Positions 1 through 12,023 of a stretch of DNA of 32,910 nucleotides are shown here, piece after piece. This DNA is from Paramecium tetraurelia. Its lineage: Eukaryota. The stretch spans positions 310,001-342,910 of the forward strand of contig CT868668.1 in the NCBI GenBank assembly GCA_000165425.1. Direction: 5' to 3'. Numbering within the stretch: position 1 is the first letter of the stretch; every line of letters begins with the position of its first letter. The notes beneath the pieces are model-generated. The model saw only the letters and a list, made by a program, of their open reading frames with translations. It was not told where the DNA came from and did not search any database. The position numbers were made by a program, and so were the translations under genes.

Positions 1-661
1 ATTTAAATTGTTTCTATCAGAAGGGATATTTTTTATATTAGACTGCTGCTATCCATATAAATCCCTTTCTTGTAATAATAATTAAATTTCTCCATGGAAT
101 ATCTAAATTAAATAGAAATGCAAAAATGATATTATGTTTCTTAAGTATCTTCTAAAATACATTCAAAGTAAATATTATATTGGTTTGAGAAAAATGGAAA
201 GGTTAAGAATAGAGCTTAAAATAGTAGTTTTCGATATCTATAGCAATTAATAAAAAATAATAATTATTAACAAATAAGAATTCTGGAAAAACGAGAGAAC
301 TCAATTATCTTAAACTTACTTTGTTTGGAAAATTATTGTCTCTTGCATAGAATTTCTTTAATCAAATTCAAATAATCGATATTAATTTAGATTTTATAAA
401 ACTCGAATCTTTAAGTTCTATCACATACAATTAGATTGTGAAAATCGATATCAAATTGAAGTTTTCTATTTCTCCTTTAGAATGCATAAGTTCAACATTA
501 ATGGGATTATTATAATATAATTTATTATTTTAAATGATAAGATATTAGTGTATATAATGCAATTATATATAAAACTATGATGGTAAATGTGAAAAGTGTG
601 AGAATTGGAATAAATAATAGAAACAAATAGAAACATATAAAAGAGTCAACAGATAAATTGA

Positions 662-874
662 GGAAAATTTATCAACAGAGATTGTCTGCTGTGGTATAGG
701 ACAAGAATAAAGACGTAAATTTATTGTCTCCTTAATTATTGCATGCCTTTTAATTTCCATCATCTTCTATTTTGGTGAATTTGGTGACAATTCTGAGGAT
801 GTAGCAAGAGTTTTTCTCTGCATAGGAATAGTCATCTCTATCTTAGGGTGCATCATTATAAAATGCTGTGGCTG
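662..874 (+). other. possible small two-TM protein fragment or decayed gene (start not resolved)
   Basis: Code-6 frame reads ...RRKFIVSLIIACLLISIIFYFG...VARVFLCIGIVISILGCIIIKCCG* (two hydrophobic segments). It is bounded upstream by an in-frame TGA with no clear ATG or intron. Confidence 0.25.
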
Positions 875-1460
875 AGGAGAAGAAATCAAAGATAGATAGA
901 ATGAGAGTATAATATGTTAAAAACTTAAATAAGAGTGACTTTTAAATATTCTATATATCCTGAATGGGTTAACATTTATCTTAAATGTATATCTCATTAG
1001 TGGTTTCCACTTTATTTGAAAGCAGGTTACTGCAATTAATTACATGCTTCAATCAGACTTTTTTGAATCAATTTCAATATCTATGACCAAAATAATTATA
1101 ATGTTCCTTCAAAATATTTTCCGTTCATCGTTTTAAATTTATCACACCTAATAATAGACTAAATCCTTATTTTTATTATTTTCCCCGCACTTTTAATCCT
1201 TTATTAGATATATCATCTCCTAATGTAATCTTAAGCTTATCTTTAAAAAAGGTTCTTTTTATTCTACAGAGAACATTTTATTTGGCATTAGCTATTTATA
1301 AATTACTTATTTACATGGATATCAAAAATGACTTTGTTGAACATGTAATAAAGTCAAAAGATTTATGCATATATATTAGAATATTTGATGAAATCTATGA
1401 TGAATTAATTTCCTTCTAAATATTTCAAATAATTACTCAATAAAAATTAATAACAGCCTT

Positions 1461-1880
1461 ATGAGATTATAATAGCCACCTCCAATAAGCTAGTAAACCT
1501 TTAGTTTCGGTCAAGCCAATTCTTTCATTCAAAGAGTTTAATAAACCTAGCCAATCATCAGAGTAAATTAACCATGCTTTAGAGTCTATACTTAACCGAT
1601 GCAAAATAAGAGACAATCAAAGAGTCCCTTCTAAAGAGGATATGATATGTAAGAAGAAAACAGAACCTTGAAAATATACATATTACAAATGGAACAAACT
1701 TTGGCGAATCTTTAGAAGAAGTATCTCTTTTTTTATAAGTTTAGCAATAAAAGACTCTTGCTTTCATAATAATTAAAAGAAAATTCTCATTTAAGAGATG
1801 AGATTTAGAAGCTTAAAACAGAAATATCCACTGAGCTTGCAGAAAGAGCGTATTTAGAAAAGGTTTGTTAGAAATTATGA
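1461..1880 (+). CDS. hypothetical coiled-coil protein (~130-140 aa)
   Basis: Code-6 ORF MRLQQPPPISQQTF...EENRTLKIYILQMEQTLANLQK...ENSHLRDEIQKLKTEISTELAERAYLEKVCQKL*; probable 24-nt intron at 1721-1744. Confidence 0.55.
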
Positions 1881-2370
1881 TTTGGTAAATATTATTATAT
1901 GACTACTTAAATACGCTTATATAGAATTATAATTTTATATGCGATTTATTTCTATTTGTACCAAGTAAATATGTTATTTACACTTCTGATTACCTACTTT
2001 CAAATTCAACAAATTATTTCATAGTTTTTATTGATGAATCTATACGTCAATTAAAATCTCTTTTGATTAATTTACTTAATTTTCTTTAAATTAATTTAAT
2101 GTACCCCTTATCAATCTTAATAGTATTCAAATAAGAAAAACTAGTAAAATAATTTTGTTAAAAAAATACTAGCTACCCTTAATGATTTTAAAGGTTTAAA
2201 TTAAATATTTAAATTAATTGAAGATCTACTCAACAGAGCAGTTGGATATAATATCTTCTTATTTACATGACAGGTTTTTTAGTGTATTAAATCAATCTAT
2301 TAGCCATTCTTAAATTTTTTCAGTAATAATTAATAAAAATATAATATTAGTAATCAAATTGAAAAACCGT

Positions 2371-3680
2371 TCATCTTAAATCGATAGTTTCAGCTCTAGT
2401 AATCCCATGGTTATTTTTGGAATTAGATGATGGAAATACACTCCAAAAACGAAGGCTTTCATCCCCTGCTCCAGTAACAATATTTTATCCACAAGGTGAA
2501 CCACTTAAATATAAGACTCTTTAAGTGTGACCAGTTAGAGTAGCAACCTTTGACATATTAGCATAGTTCCAAACAATAATTTAATTTAGGGAATAACCAT
2601 GAGTTGAAACTAATTCATTTGAGTTTTTAGAAAACATTAAATTACAAACTTGAGAACCAGTATCAATGCATTCTACTTATTCAATAGTTTGAGTATTAAA
2701 GAATCTAATGCATCTGTCAGCAGTACCACCACCAGATGCAACAATATTGTGTTGATGGGGAGACCATCCAATAGCTTTAACTGCAGCTTAATGTTGTGAG
2801 AAATGAGTTAATTCTCCTTGATTCTTCAAGGACCAAATAAATAACTTATTATCGTTTCCTCCTGATGCCAAGAGTTGTTCATCAAAGGACCATTTCAATC
2901 CACAAATTTCTTATTTGTGTCCAACATACTTTTGAATGGATTCATTAGGACATCTAACATCTCTAACTAATATGTTTCTATCCCTACTTCCAGTGGCTAA
3001 TAAATAATTATTCCAAGCCAAAGATCCTATTCTACCTTAATGTCCATTCCATTTTCTAATAACTTTCTATTTTACTACATCCCAAACATCAACATCACCC
3101 ATAGTGTTTCCTACAGAGAGATGTTGATTGCGTTGAGACCACGCTACACTACATACCATATCAGGATCTTCAAGTGTACAAAGACGAGACACCTTTGAGG
3201 TATGTCCTGACCAAATCAGAACTGAATTTTCAAGTCCTACTGCCAATGCATTAAATGGGGACCAATCTAATAGATTCAGGTAAAAATCATCTTATAGGTT
3301 TTCAGCCTCCAACACTTTATAAGGTCTTTTATTAATTTTGCGAGGGGGTTTTTCAGGTTCAACCTTAGTTGGAGTATTAGAGAAGTTCAATCCATTATTA
3401 ATGATTTTATTCATTTCATTTTGTTTATTTTCTGTTTTGTAATTAAAGAGTTTTTAATTAATGGCTGGCGATTTTCCCAATATTGAGGACTGGAGAAGGT
3501 TGTTGTATGTGTTGCCTTAACAATTTTCCTCGCTCATGAATAACTGATAGAGGTTGGATTGCACATTACGTGGGATGAACTTTAAATATAGTTATGAAAT
3601 TATACACGATCACTTTTGTCTTTTGGACTGGTCCAAGATTGTTTGTTGAGATCAATCTCTTTGATGGGGTGTTTAATCAT
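2371..3680 (-). CDS. FZR1: APC/C co-activator, Cdc20/Fizzy family WD40 protein (Cdh1/Fzr-like), 427 aa
   Basis: C-box DR|FIPR is restored by splicing a 26-nt intron (3580-3605). Also [73 protein letters not shown] and a C-terminal IDLR (IR-tail-like). Confidence 0.92.
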
Positions 3681-3831
3681 TCATTGGAAAACAAATGTAT
3701 GTTTATTTTTTAATAAAATTTATCTGTTATTTGATTATATTAATAAGATATATTTATACTATGATTATTTTCACCTAAAGTAAAATTTGTATTATTAAAA
3801 TTATACACTTCAAGAAACATTAAGGACCTAA
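3681..3831. promoter_or_regulatory. putative bidirectional promoter between the Cdh1-like and CID-domain genes
   Basis: 151-nt very AT-rich spacer between divergent start codons. Confidence 0.45.
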
Positions 3832-4703
3832 ATGATGAACGAAATCAGCATTGTTTCACTCAGTCAACTCCTCAACAACATCCATCTATCGCAATCCCAC
3901 ATCGACGAAGCTGCCAGATTCTACATTAGACACAGCAATGATCAGAAGTCTCAGCAATCTTTATGTGAAGAGTGGTGCAATCACTTCCATTTCGCAAAAG
4001 GAAATGTGGATGGAGATAAAGTAATCATCTCATTACTTCACATGGCCCAAAGAGTCATTGAATCTGTCATTAGATTTGAGGGAGCATGTATTCACTAAAC
4101 ATTATTACTTTATTAGATGCTACGATGAGGGATGCTTTCAAGAAACAAATTATCAAGGCTTTCACATTACTGAAGGACCACAATTCCTCGTAGGATTTGA
4201 AATAATAAATCAAAGATCTTCTTAAACAGTGGGAGGAAAAACAGATCTTCTCCAAATCAGACATTTCCATTATGGTCGAAACCATTGATCCAAATAGAGT
4301 TAGCAAAGACAAAATCAAAACTCAATTTGCGCCACCTCATTATTTGATCAACTATGCCAAAAATTATAAGGTAAATTTAAATCACAACTAATTTCTTAAG
4401 GATTTACAAATTCGATTACAAAAGATGCAGGAGTATGAGACCAAACTGGATGATCTAATTAATAATGGAGCCCAAGATAAAGTCAATCTCTATGATCAGC
4501 AATTGGAACAATATACCAAGTCTGTTGAAAGTGTTTAAAAGTATAGACAGCTAGTGATCAAAGACATCATTGATGAATTGAAGGAACTAGACAAAATACA
4601 CTCCAAAAGCATCATCGATTTGAAATACATTGCATAAAGAGTAAATAATTTGAAGGCAAAGAAAGAAAAAAGAATTTAAAATGAATATTATAATGATTAA
4701 TGA
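3832..4703 (+). CDS. CID/RPR-domain plus coiled-coil protein (RPRD1/Rtt103-like), 270 aa
   Basis: N-terminal SQSHIDEAARFYIRH...IISLLHMAQRVI...IKDLLKQWEEKQIFS resembles a CTD-interacting domain; C-terminal coiled coil. Introns 4088-4116 and 4371-4400 give an intact frame. Confidence 0.7.
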
Positions 4704-4743
4704 TAATATAAATATTTCATTAAGAAATTATTTAAATTTAAAA

Positions 4744-5292
4744 ATGAAACAAAATATTAAATCCCCTGCCCCATTCGCAATCACTGAAGAAAAAAACACT
4801 ATCGAGTCTATTTTAAACCTTGTTAAACATCAGACATCATAACTGAAGGAATAGCAACTCCAATAAAGCAACGAAATTAAATTGTTAAGTAAAGCCTTTA
4901 GGGATTAAAATTAATCAATTTTGTAAAGCCAAAATCAAGAATACTTCTCTTTAACATCCAAGCTAATTGAAGAAATTGAATCCGATAATTATTTTCAACT
5001 GAAATTGAATCAAATTTAAACTTACAATAAGCAGCTTTATAATCTAATTAAGGATGTTTAAAAAGAAATACCATCTCAATATTAATAACTTACAACTATC
5101 AATAGGATAATCAATTTTTATAAATGCATATTCAAAATCTCAATTAAATAATTGAATAAAGATGAGATGGCCATCATTTTTCATTAGACTCTTGGGAACT
5201 CTGATTTTGGGCATCCAGTAATAATTTAATTGAAGGATACCAAATAATAATAGAGGCAATAGTTTTGGAACCAATTTACATCCTTGATATGA
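4744..5292 (+). CDS. hypothetical protein, 182 aa, coiled-coil-like
   Basis: Uninterrupted code-6 ORF MKQNIKSPAPFAITEEKNTIESILNLVK... ending at TGA 5290-5292; starts 40 bp after the upstream stop. Confidence 0.6.
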
Positions 5293-5557
5293 GGTTATCA
5301 TTATACTGTTCTTTCAATTTTTACTGCATTCCTTTCAGTTTTTAAATATAATCAATAATAAAATAATGGTATAAATTTAGAATTAATAAATCTATATATT
5401 TTTATATTGTTTGTTCTAACCATGATCAATATATCGTGATTCTTTTGAGAAACGATCTCTCATATTTTAAATAATGTAAAATCCTTAATTATTTAATTAA
5501 TGATTAAAATAGAAATTTAATTTATAAGTTAAAATAATATCTCATTTGATATTAAGT

Positions 5558-6109
5558 TCAGCAAAAGCAAAACCAACCGCTCTTTACTTCTTCATCCTCT
5601 CTACGTCTTATTTAGACTCTTTCAACAACTAAATTTGGTATGATTAAATTTTATTCTATATTTCTAAACACATCTTTTACTCCTTGAGGATTAGAAGCAG
5701 AAGTTAAGTAAAAAGGATATCTCTCCCTCAATCTCTGCATATATTCATTTTACTACTTTAGTGCTTTGTCTGTTTTAGTGCCAATAAAGACAATTGGAGT
5801 TACTGATTTATAGGTTCTAACAATATTCAACCATTATTCCACATGTATTTAAGCCCTCTTTGATGAAGAATCAAAGCAGATAATAATTAGGTTTGAGTTT
5901 TTCAGGCAATTAATGGTGGATTTTTGAAATTTATCCAATCCACTCGTATCATAAATCTTAAAACTTCTATTTTGATGGGTATATTTCCAACAATTACTTT
6001 GAATAGTTTAGGGAATGTAAGGATTAAAGGCTTTATTCTGTAAAGCAGCAAGAATAGAGGATTTTCCAGATGCGGAATGTCCAACTAAACAAATCTTAAA
6101 AGGTTCCAT
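5558..6109 (-). CDS. divergent Rab-like small GTPase, 183 aa, intronless
   Basis: G1 KICLVGHSASGKSS, G2 PQTI, G3 IYDTSGLDKF, G4 IGTKTD, G5 TSAS, C-terminal CFC* (CXC prenylation motif). Confidence 0.88.
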
Positions 6110-6159
6110 ATATCTAAATACGTATATAAATTAATTTCTATCATCGAAAATTATCATAT
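6110..6159. promoter_or_regulatory. putative 50-bp bidirectional promoter between the Rab-like and TDP2-like genes
   Basis: Two divergent ATGs separated by only 50 AT-rich nt. Confidence 0.5.
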
Positions 6160-7024
6160 ATGAATTATATAAAACAATTTTTTTAACCACCAAACTCACT
6201 TTCATATTTCGCATTTGAAAATGATGGATGGAAAATTGAGAATTGCAAAAACTATGATTAAAAACTAAACAATAAGTAGATTTCATTTCTCACATATAAT
6301 GTTTGGTTTGAAAAACATAATTTTAACGAAAGAGTTATAGAAATCTTGAAAATAATATAACAGAACAATTGCGATTTCGTATGTCTGCAAGAAGTAACCA
6401 GAGACTTTTAGATTATGATGTCCAATGATAAATTTATCTAATCAACTTATTTCATCACTGGAAATGTTATTAAGGGTTACGGTATACTAATACTGAGCAA
6501 ATTTAAACCAACTTTTATAATTGAGTTGCCATTCAACTCTCAATTTGGAAGAACATTCTTATATTTAGAATGTTAAATTAATGGGCATTCTTTAGTTGTT
6601 GGAACTTCTCATCTTGAATCAATGGTTTATAATGAATAAGCAAGATATGATTAACTGTAAACTACATATAAAGAATTAGAAAAATATAAGAATGTAATTA
6701 TCATGGGGGATTTTAATTTGGAAACTTAAAAAGATGAGCAATCTATCTCACCATAATACGCTGATTTATGGAAACAACTTTACCCTGACAATCCTGGATA
6801 CACTTTCATAATAGATGATTTCAAAAGAAGATTTGATAGAATATTGTTAAAAAAAGGGTATATCATAATATTATTAAAGAGGTTCATATTAAGCAAGCAA
6901 TATAGAGATTTTAGGCACGAAGGAAATACCACTCTATAAGGACAACAAACCTTCAATGAAGGGAGAAGTGAAGACTCCTTCGGATCATTATGCATTAAAA
7001 TTACATTTATAATATTTATTATGA
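6160..7024 (+). CDS. TDP2: TDP2-like EEP-family (endonuclease/exonuclease/phosphatase) phosphodiesterase, 280 aa
   Basis: Motifs FLTYNVWF, DFVCLQEVT, GTSHLES, IIMGDFNL, DLWKQLYPDNPGYTF, RFDRIL, PSDHYAL; 22-nt intron at 6858-6879. Confidence 0.82.
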
Positions 7025-8359
7025 TACAATTTTTTAAAGAATAATTAATTGATTACCTAAAGCTACAGAACAAATATAATTATTAAGTTTGCTATCTAAG
7101 ATGATTTAGTATTCACAATTAGAGAATCTTATCTGAAGTCATATTTGTTTAAAAAATATAATTGGACCTATAGAATTATTATTTAAGTAAATGATAATTA
7201 AGTATTAGATTTATCATATCTTATTATGATGCTAATTACAATAATTCTGCTTATCAAAAAATCCTAAATCATAGGATTTATTGCCAAAGAGATTATAATT
7301 TTACTATAAATAAAATAATTGTAACTAACATAATTACTAGTTATTAAATGTCAGGAACTTAGGAGATTTCTCAATTTATGTAGAAAATTGAAGGCTAAAG
7401 AGGAATATTTTCATGATTAATTTATAAATTAATAATAATTTTAACTCCCCATAAATAAAAAAATAATTATAGCTCTTAAAGGCTAAGATTTAAAAGATAA
7501 AAAAAATGAAAATATAGTAAATATATATACAACGATAGCAAAAACCAAATTTGTTAATCATAATTTGTCTCTAAAAAAGAAATAAAAATTTGAGAGTTCT
7601 AAGCCTTGAGATTCTGAGCTATACTAGATTGTATTTATTTCAATTATAAAGGGTATATTATTCTTTAAATCTTCAAATTTCATTTGAATTAAATGATACA
7701 AAGAAAAGAAAAATATTACAGATTATTGAAGATTAAAAATCATCTAATAATTAAGTAGTTCCATTTTCCAAAAATATAAATATCATTCTATATTTTGGTA
7801 TTATTGCTGTTTTCAAACATACGTATTTTAAGTATATATTTTAAGGAATTTGTTTTATTTCATTTGAAATAATTGTGCATTTTAGAAGGAGTATTTATTT
7901 TTGCTACTAAATTTTGGTTTTAGAATAAATAAGTGCAGGAATTTGAAAGTAGATTTCATCGGCTAAATTATATAACCTAGATTTAGAAGAGAAAGAGAAT
8001 AACTATTACTTTAAAAATGATATAGTTTGAAGTATTAAATAAGCATTAAGAATATTCGGGGAAATATTTAAACAAGCTATTTAAAGCGAGTTATATATGT
8101 CTAGAACATTTACTACTAAATATATTCTTTCTTTGGGATAAAAAAGGTTGATAATTGAATTTCTATTGATTTTCATTCTTATACGACTTATTCATATTGA
8201 AAAGAGTTACAATACTTTTGTAAAAATTGATACGAAATCTAAAATTGTAAGAAGTATTCAAATGAAGATTAAGATTTAGTTTGAGCTGATATTTATAAAA
8301 ACAATAAATTAAATCATTAATTGATAATTAATTGAGTGAAAATTTCAAAATATAGAAAT

Positions 8360-9429
8360 CATAATAAAATGTATAGTTCAAAATTTATGACTTATATTTA
8401 ATCACTTTTTTATTGACACAATAACTGAATTTTTCTTTTAATTATTATTATACGTCACATTATAATTTATTACCTTGCCAACACTTTATTATGTAAATAA
8501 TCTTTTTTTAGGTCTAGTGGTTGATACTTACTTTATTAATTCTTTTTCTTCTTAATCTTTTAAATCACATTCTTCTTATAATTTTTTTTTTTTTTACATT
8601 TATTCTTGTAATTGATTCTCTAATCTTTATTAAGTTTTTGTCAAGTTTTAATATATCACTAAGTAATCAATAAAATTTTACAATCCTATTTAGTAATCTA
8701 ATCCTTAATTTATGTTAGTTAACTATTAAATTACTAGTTTTGCTATACTAATTCCAACAACTACTTCTATAATAATTAAGTTTCATCTTCTTTAGGTTAT
8801 ACTTATGGGGTGGTAGGTTCTGATAATTGAAAGGATTCATTATTTAATATCTTCATCAATTACTCATGACTAAAACTCATTAATATTATATTATAATTAT
8901 TTTATAATTCTACTCATTCTCTATTCAAATATATAAAACCTAATCAAAAGTCACTAAAAATGACACTAGAACCCTTTTTATAAGCTCTTTTGATTTAAAC
9001 CTTCATCCCAGGACTTGGAGCAGTGGAGCAATCTGAGGGTCTATTAGGATTGTTTAGATCTGGAATTGAGACTATTTATTATTGTTTGTTAGTATTTATG
9101 ATTTATTTTTTTATCTCAAAACAATCTTCGTGTTTTTTTATGTAATTAAAAGTTAATAATTTATTTTCAATAATTTCATTTTATATTTATTTTTCAATTT
9201 CTTTGATTTAAGTTTATATTACATCATTATTCTCTTTATTATGTAACAAATAAATACTTATTTTCAAATTTAATTCATTCTAATGAACTTAGATTTAATT
9301 TTGAAATTCAATATTTTATAATCTCAATTCTTCGATTTATGAAATAAGAAAATCAAATTTATCTAAAGAACCTGCTTTTCCATTAAACATTGGTGTGTGT
9401 GGTTCACTTTTATCTTTATCCTCAAACAT
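8360..9429 (-). CDS. hypothetical Gln/Glu/Lys-rich coiled-coil protein (3' end approximate)
   Basis: Code-6 reading MFEDKDKSEPHTPMFNGKAGSLDKFDFLISQIEELRLQ...QKQLLELVQQNQ...KKLQEECDLKDQEEKELIKQ. It needs tiny introns near 8921-8954 and ~8660-8680; the terminal exon is not resolved. Confidence 0.55.
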
Positions 9430-9497
9430 CAACTATAATTATTGTATACTAAAACTCATAATAATAAATTATTAATATAATATTAATAAATATAAAC

Positions 9498-10100
9498 ATG
9501 AAAAAGTTCCTTCACTCTTTCTTTGATCTAGAAAAATAAGGAAATTTTAGTTGATTATTCTGATGAAAGAGATTATAAAAACAATTTATAAACCAGGATT
9601 GAATGTCTTGCATACTAGAGAATTATCAGAAGTTAATATTATTGTTTACGCTATGAAATTTCAATTATATTGCTATTTTCAGAATTCAATGTTGAGACAA
9701 TTATGTATTTTAATAATTAACAATTTATGAAGAAACTAGATTTAATACTATACAAAATTAGAAGAAGAAAAAATAATTTCATCTTTTTTTTTAATTTATC
9801 TTTGTTTATCCTTTTAGGCTAGCATGTTATTAAGTCAAAATTTTAGTGAAATACAACGATCTGCTATTTATATACTATATAATGCATTATTTAAATCTAA
9901 GTCCATAAATTTAACACTTGAATATACTAAAAATAAATCTACGATATGTATTTGTATCTTATTTAATCTAGACATCAAACATGTTATAAATGAAATCTTC
10001 AAAAAAAGCCACTACTTTCTCAAAAGGAAAAAAGTCACCTAGAAGAATTACTTAAAATAATGTTCGACTTAGATTATGATGATTTTTTTATGATTTTGTG
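9498..10100 (+). pseudogene. probable decayed gene
   Basis: ATG-initiated coding-like segments and an intron-like gtatttgtatcttatttaatctag, but TGA stops and frame switches I could not resolve by splicing. Confidence 0.25.
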
Positions 10101-10363
10101 ATTATTTAACAATTATGATGTACTTCTATTTTTCTGCATAGTTTGACAATACAATTTTAAAGCAACTAATAATATTTTTATATGAGAGAAATGGTTGTAT
10201 CGAAGAAGATCTAAAATATTGTCTAAATTCGCTTTGAATAAAATAATATATTTTCCATATGTTCTTCATTTTAAAATTGTTTTAATCCTTTATTCAAATG
10301 GCCCCTAAGTCTCTTAGAATTAATTCGAATTTTATAAATTTCCAAGCATATATGAATTAAAAA

Positions 10364-10735
10364 TCATGCTCCTTCTTCTATAATCTTTACTTGAATGTTA
10401 AGTAGTAACCCTTGACCTTGGACCTTAAAGGCAGATGGAATTCCTTAATTTAGCAGAGATTTTTAAGAGGACAATACTTTCTCTTTAAATCCTTTAATAA
10501 CTTAGTATTCTAGTCTTTTAGCAAAGAAATCTGTTCTTAAAATACTTGAAAACCTGAATTTTAAATCTTCTAAAGGAGTGCTGGTTTTTAGTTCCTTTAA
10601 TAGGATTTATTAATTTACCATAATAATATACTTATCTATTCCAGTGAAGGTGAACTTTATTTTTTCAAACTCCTTAAAGCTTAAGAGTTCTTCTTATTAA
10701 GAATTTGCAGTATCAGCAATTACTTTCTCATTCAT
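10364..10735 (-). CDS. small protein (115 aa) with a ubiquitin/SUMO-like beta-grasp pattern
   Basis: MNEKVIADTANSQQEELLSFKEFEKIKFTFTGIDKYIIM|ELKTSTPLEDLKFRFSSIL...LEYQVIKG...VLSSQKSLLNQGI...LLNIQVKIIEEGA*; 24-nt intron at 10595-10618. Confidence 0.7.
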
Positions 10736-11064
10736 AACCCTATTTGGATAAATAAATAAATATTATTCTGTAGAATTATTTTTTAATCATTTCTTTAATG
10801 TGAATTACACTAATAAAAAATGATAGATAATCAAAGTTGCATTTTGAAATTAAATTTGCAAATCTCATAAGTGAAGAATTCAACTCTTTTAATTACTTTA
10901 TAAATTTAGCGGTCTTGATGAACACACATTACTTTTTTATATTGAATTTAAAAATGCTTTTTAATTTCATAATGTGTATAAAATGGTACAGAGTATTGTC
11001 TTAATTTTGAGAAGGAATCTTAATTTAGTGTTTAAATAAAATATATATTTATTTATTTGATTAA

Positions 11065-11959
11065 ATGCCATCGCCAGAAAGAAAGAAGAATAAACATAAG
11101 AAAAAAGACAAGGATAGCAGTCACAGATCTTCTCCGAAACATAAATCGAAGAAAAAGGTAATTTTACTTTTAATTTAAATTAGAAATCTTCGAGAACACC
11201 AAGCAGAGGGAGAGAGAAAAAAAAGGATTATAAAAAAGAAATTAAGGAATCTCCACATAATACATAAACTCTAAGTGATAAGCAATTAACAGACATGTTT
11301 GGAAGTCTTCCTGGATTCAATTTAGAAATTTTAAAGAAGATTTAAGAATAAATGAAGGATGGTAGAAGACCATCAAATGATGATTAATAATAATTAATGG
11401 GATTGTCAGGTAATGAATGAATTAATTGTTTAAAGCATATGGCTTTCTTCCTATTGTTAATCAGCAAATTCCGATAGTTTTACCAACACCCGGAACTAAA
11501 AAGAGCTCGCGATAGTAAAAAAATATGAAAAACACTTTCAAGTAGAGAATGTTAGTACCATTTACCTATGACACATTGATGGTAATCTTAGAAGATTAGT
11601 TTTATTAAGACTAATTACCCGAGGAATTAATAACTTAAATTAAAAGAAGGATAATTGATCTAATTAAAAAAAGAGTTCAAGACCAAAAATAAGAAGAATT
11701 TAATGAAAAAATTGAGAAATTGGAATAAGATCTTAAAAAGCCAATGATATTGGACGAACAACAATAACAATAATAGCAACAATAACAATTAAATTTAATC
11801 AAGAGTATTTTCACAGTGCTTCAAAATAACAAAGAAGATGGACATCAACAAAGTTAATTAAGTACAGATATAAAAGATTTACTTTAACCTATGGAAATTG
11901 AAACACCAAATATTGTGGAAAAGGATCTTTATGAGGAAGCTAAGCTTTTGTTTAGGTGA
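11065..11959 (+). CDS. hypothetical protein with K/R/S-rich N-terminus, tandem paralog A, 280 aa
   Basis: MPSPERKKNKHKKKDKDSSHRSSPKHKSKKK...; introns 11158-11183 and 11410-11435 give an intact frame; Q10 tract; aligns with paralog B. Confidence 0.8.
11759..11788 (+). repeat. poly-Gln tract (Q10) encoded by mixed CAA/TAA/TAG
   Basis: caa caa taa caa taa tag caa caa taa caa, in frame within paralog A. Confidence 0.85.
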
Positions 11960-12023
11960 AAATGATTAATAAAAGTTTACATCAAAAAAGTTATTAATAA
12001 ATAAATTTAATTTATTTTATTTT

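Noticed and set aside
2..580. Long TGA-free plus-strand frame at the window start
   Set aside because: No recognisable motifs; long open frames occur by chance when TGA is the only stop in AT-rich DNA.
8582..8595. T14 homopolymer as a possible frameshift or assembly error
   Set aside because: It reads in frame on the minus strand as QKKKK inside the coiled-coil gene.
11582..11609. Intron-looking gtaatcttagaagattagttttattaag in paralog A
   Set aside because: The unspliced frame (MVILEDQFYQDQLPEELI) aligns with paralog B (MIIIDEPFYKEHLSEEMI), and splicing would shift the frame, so it is coding.
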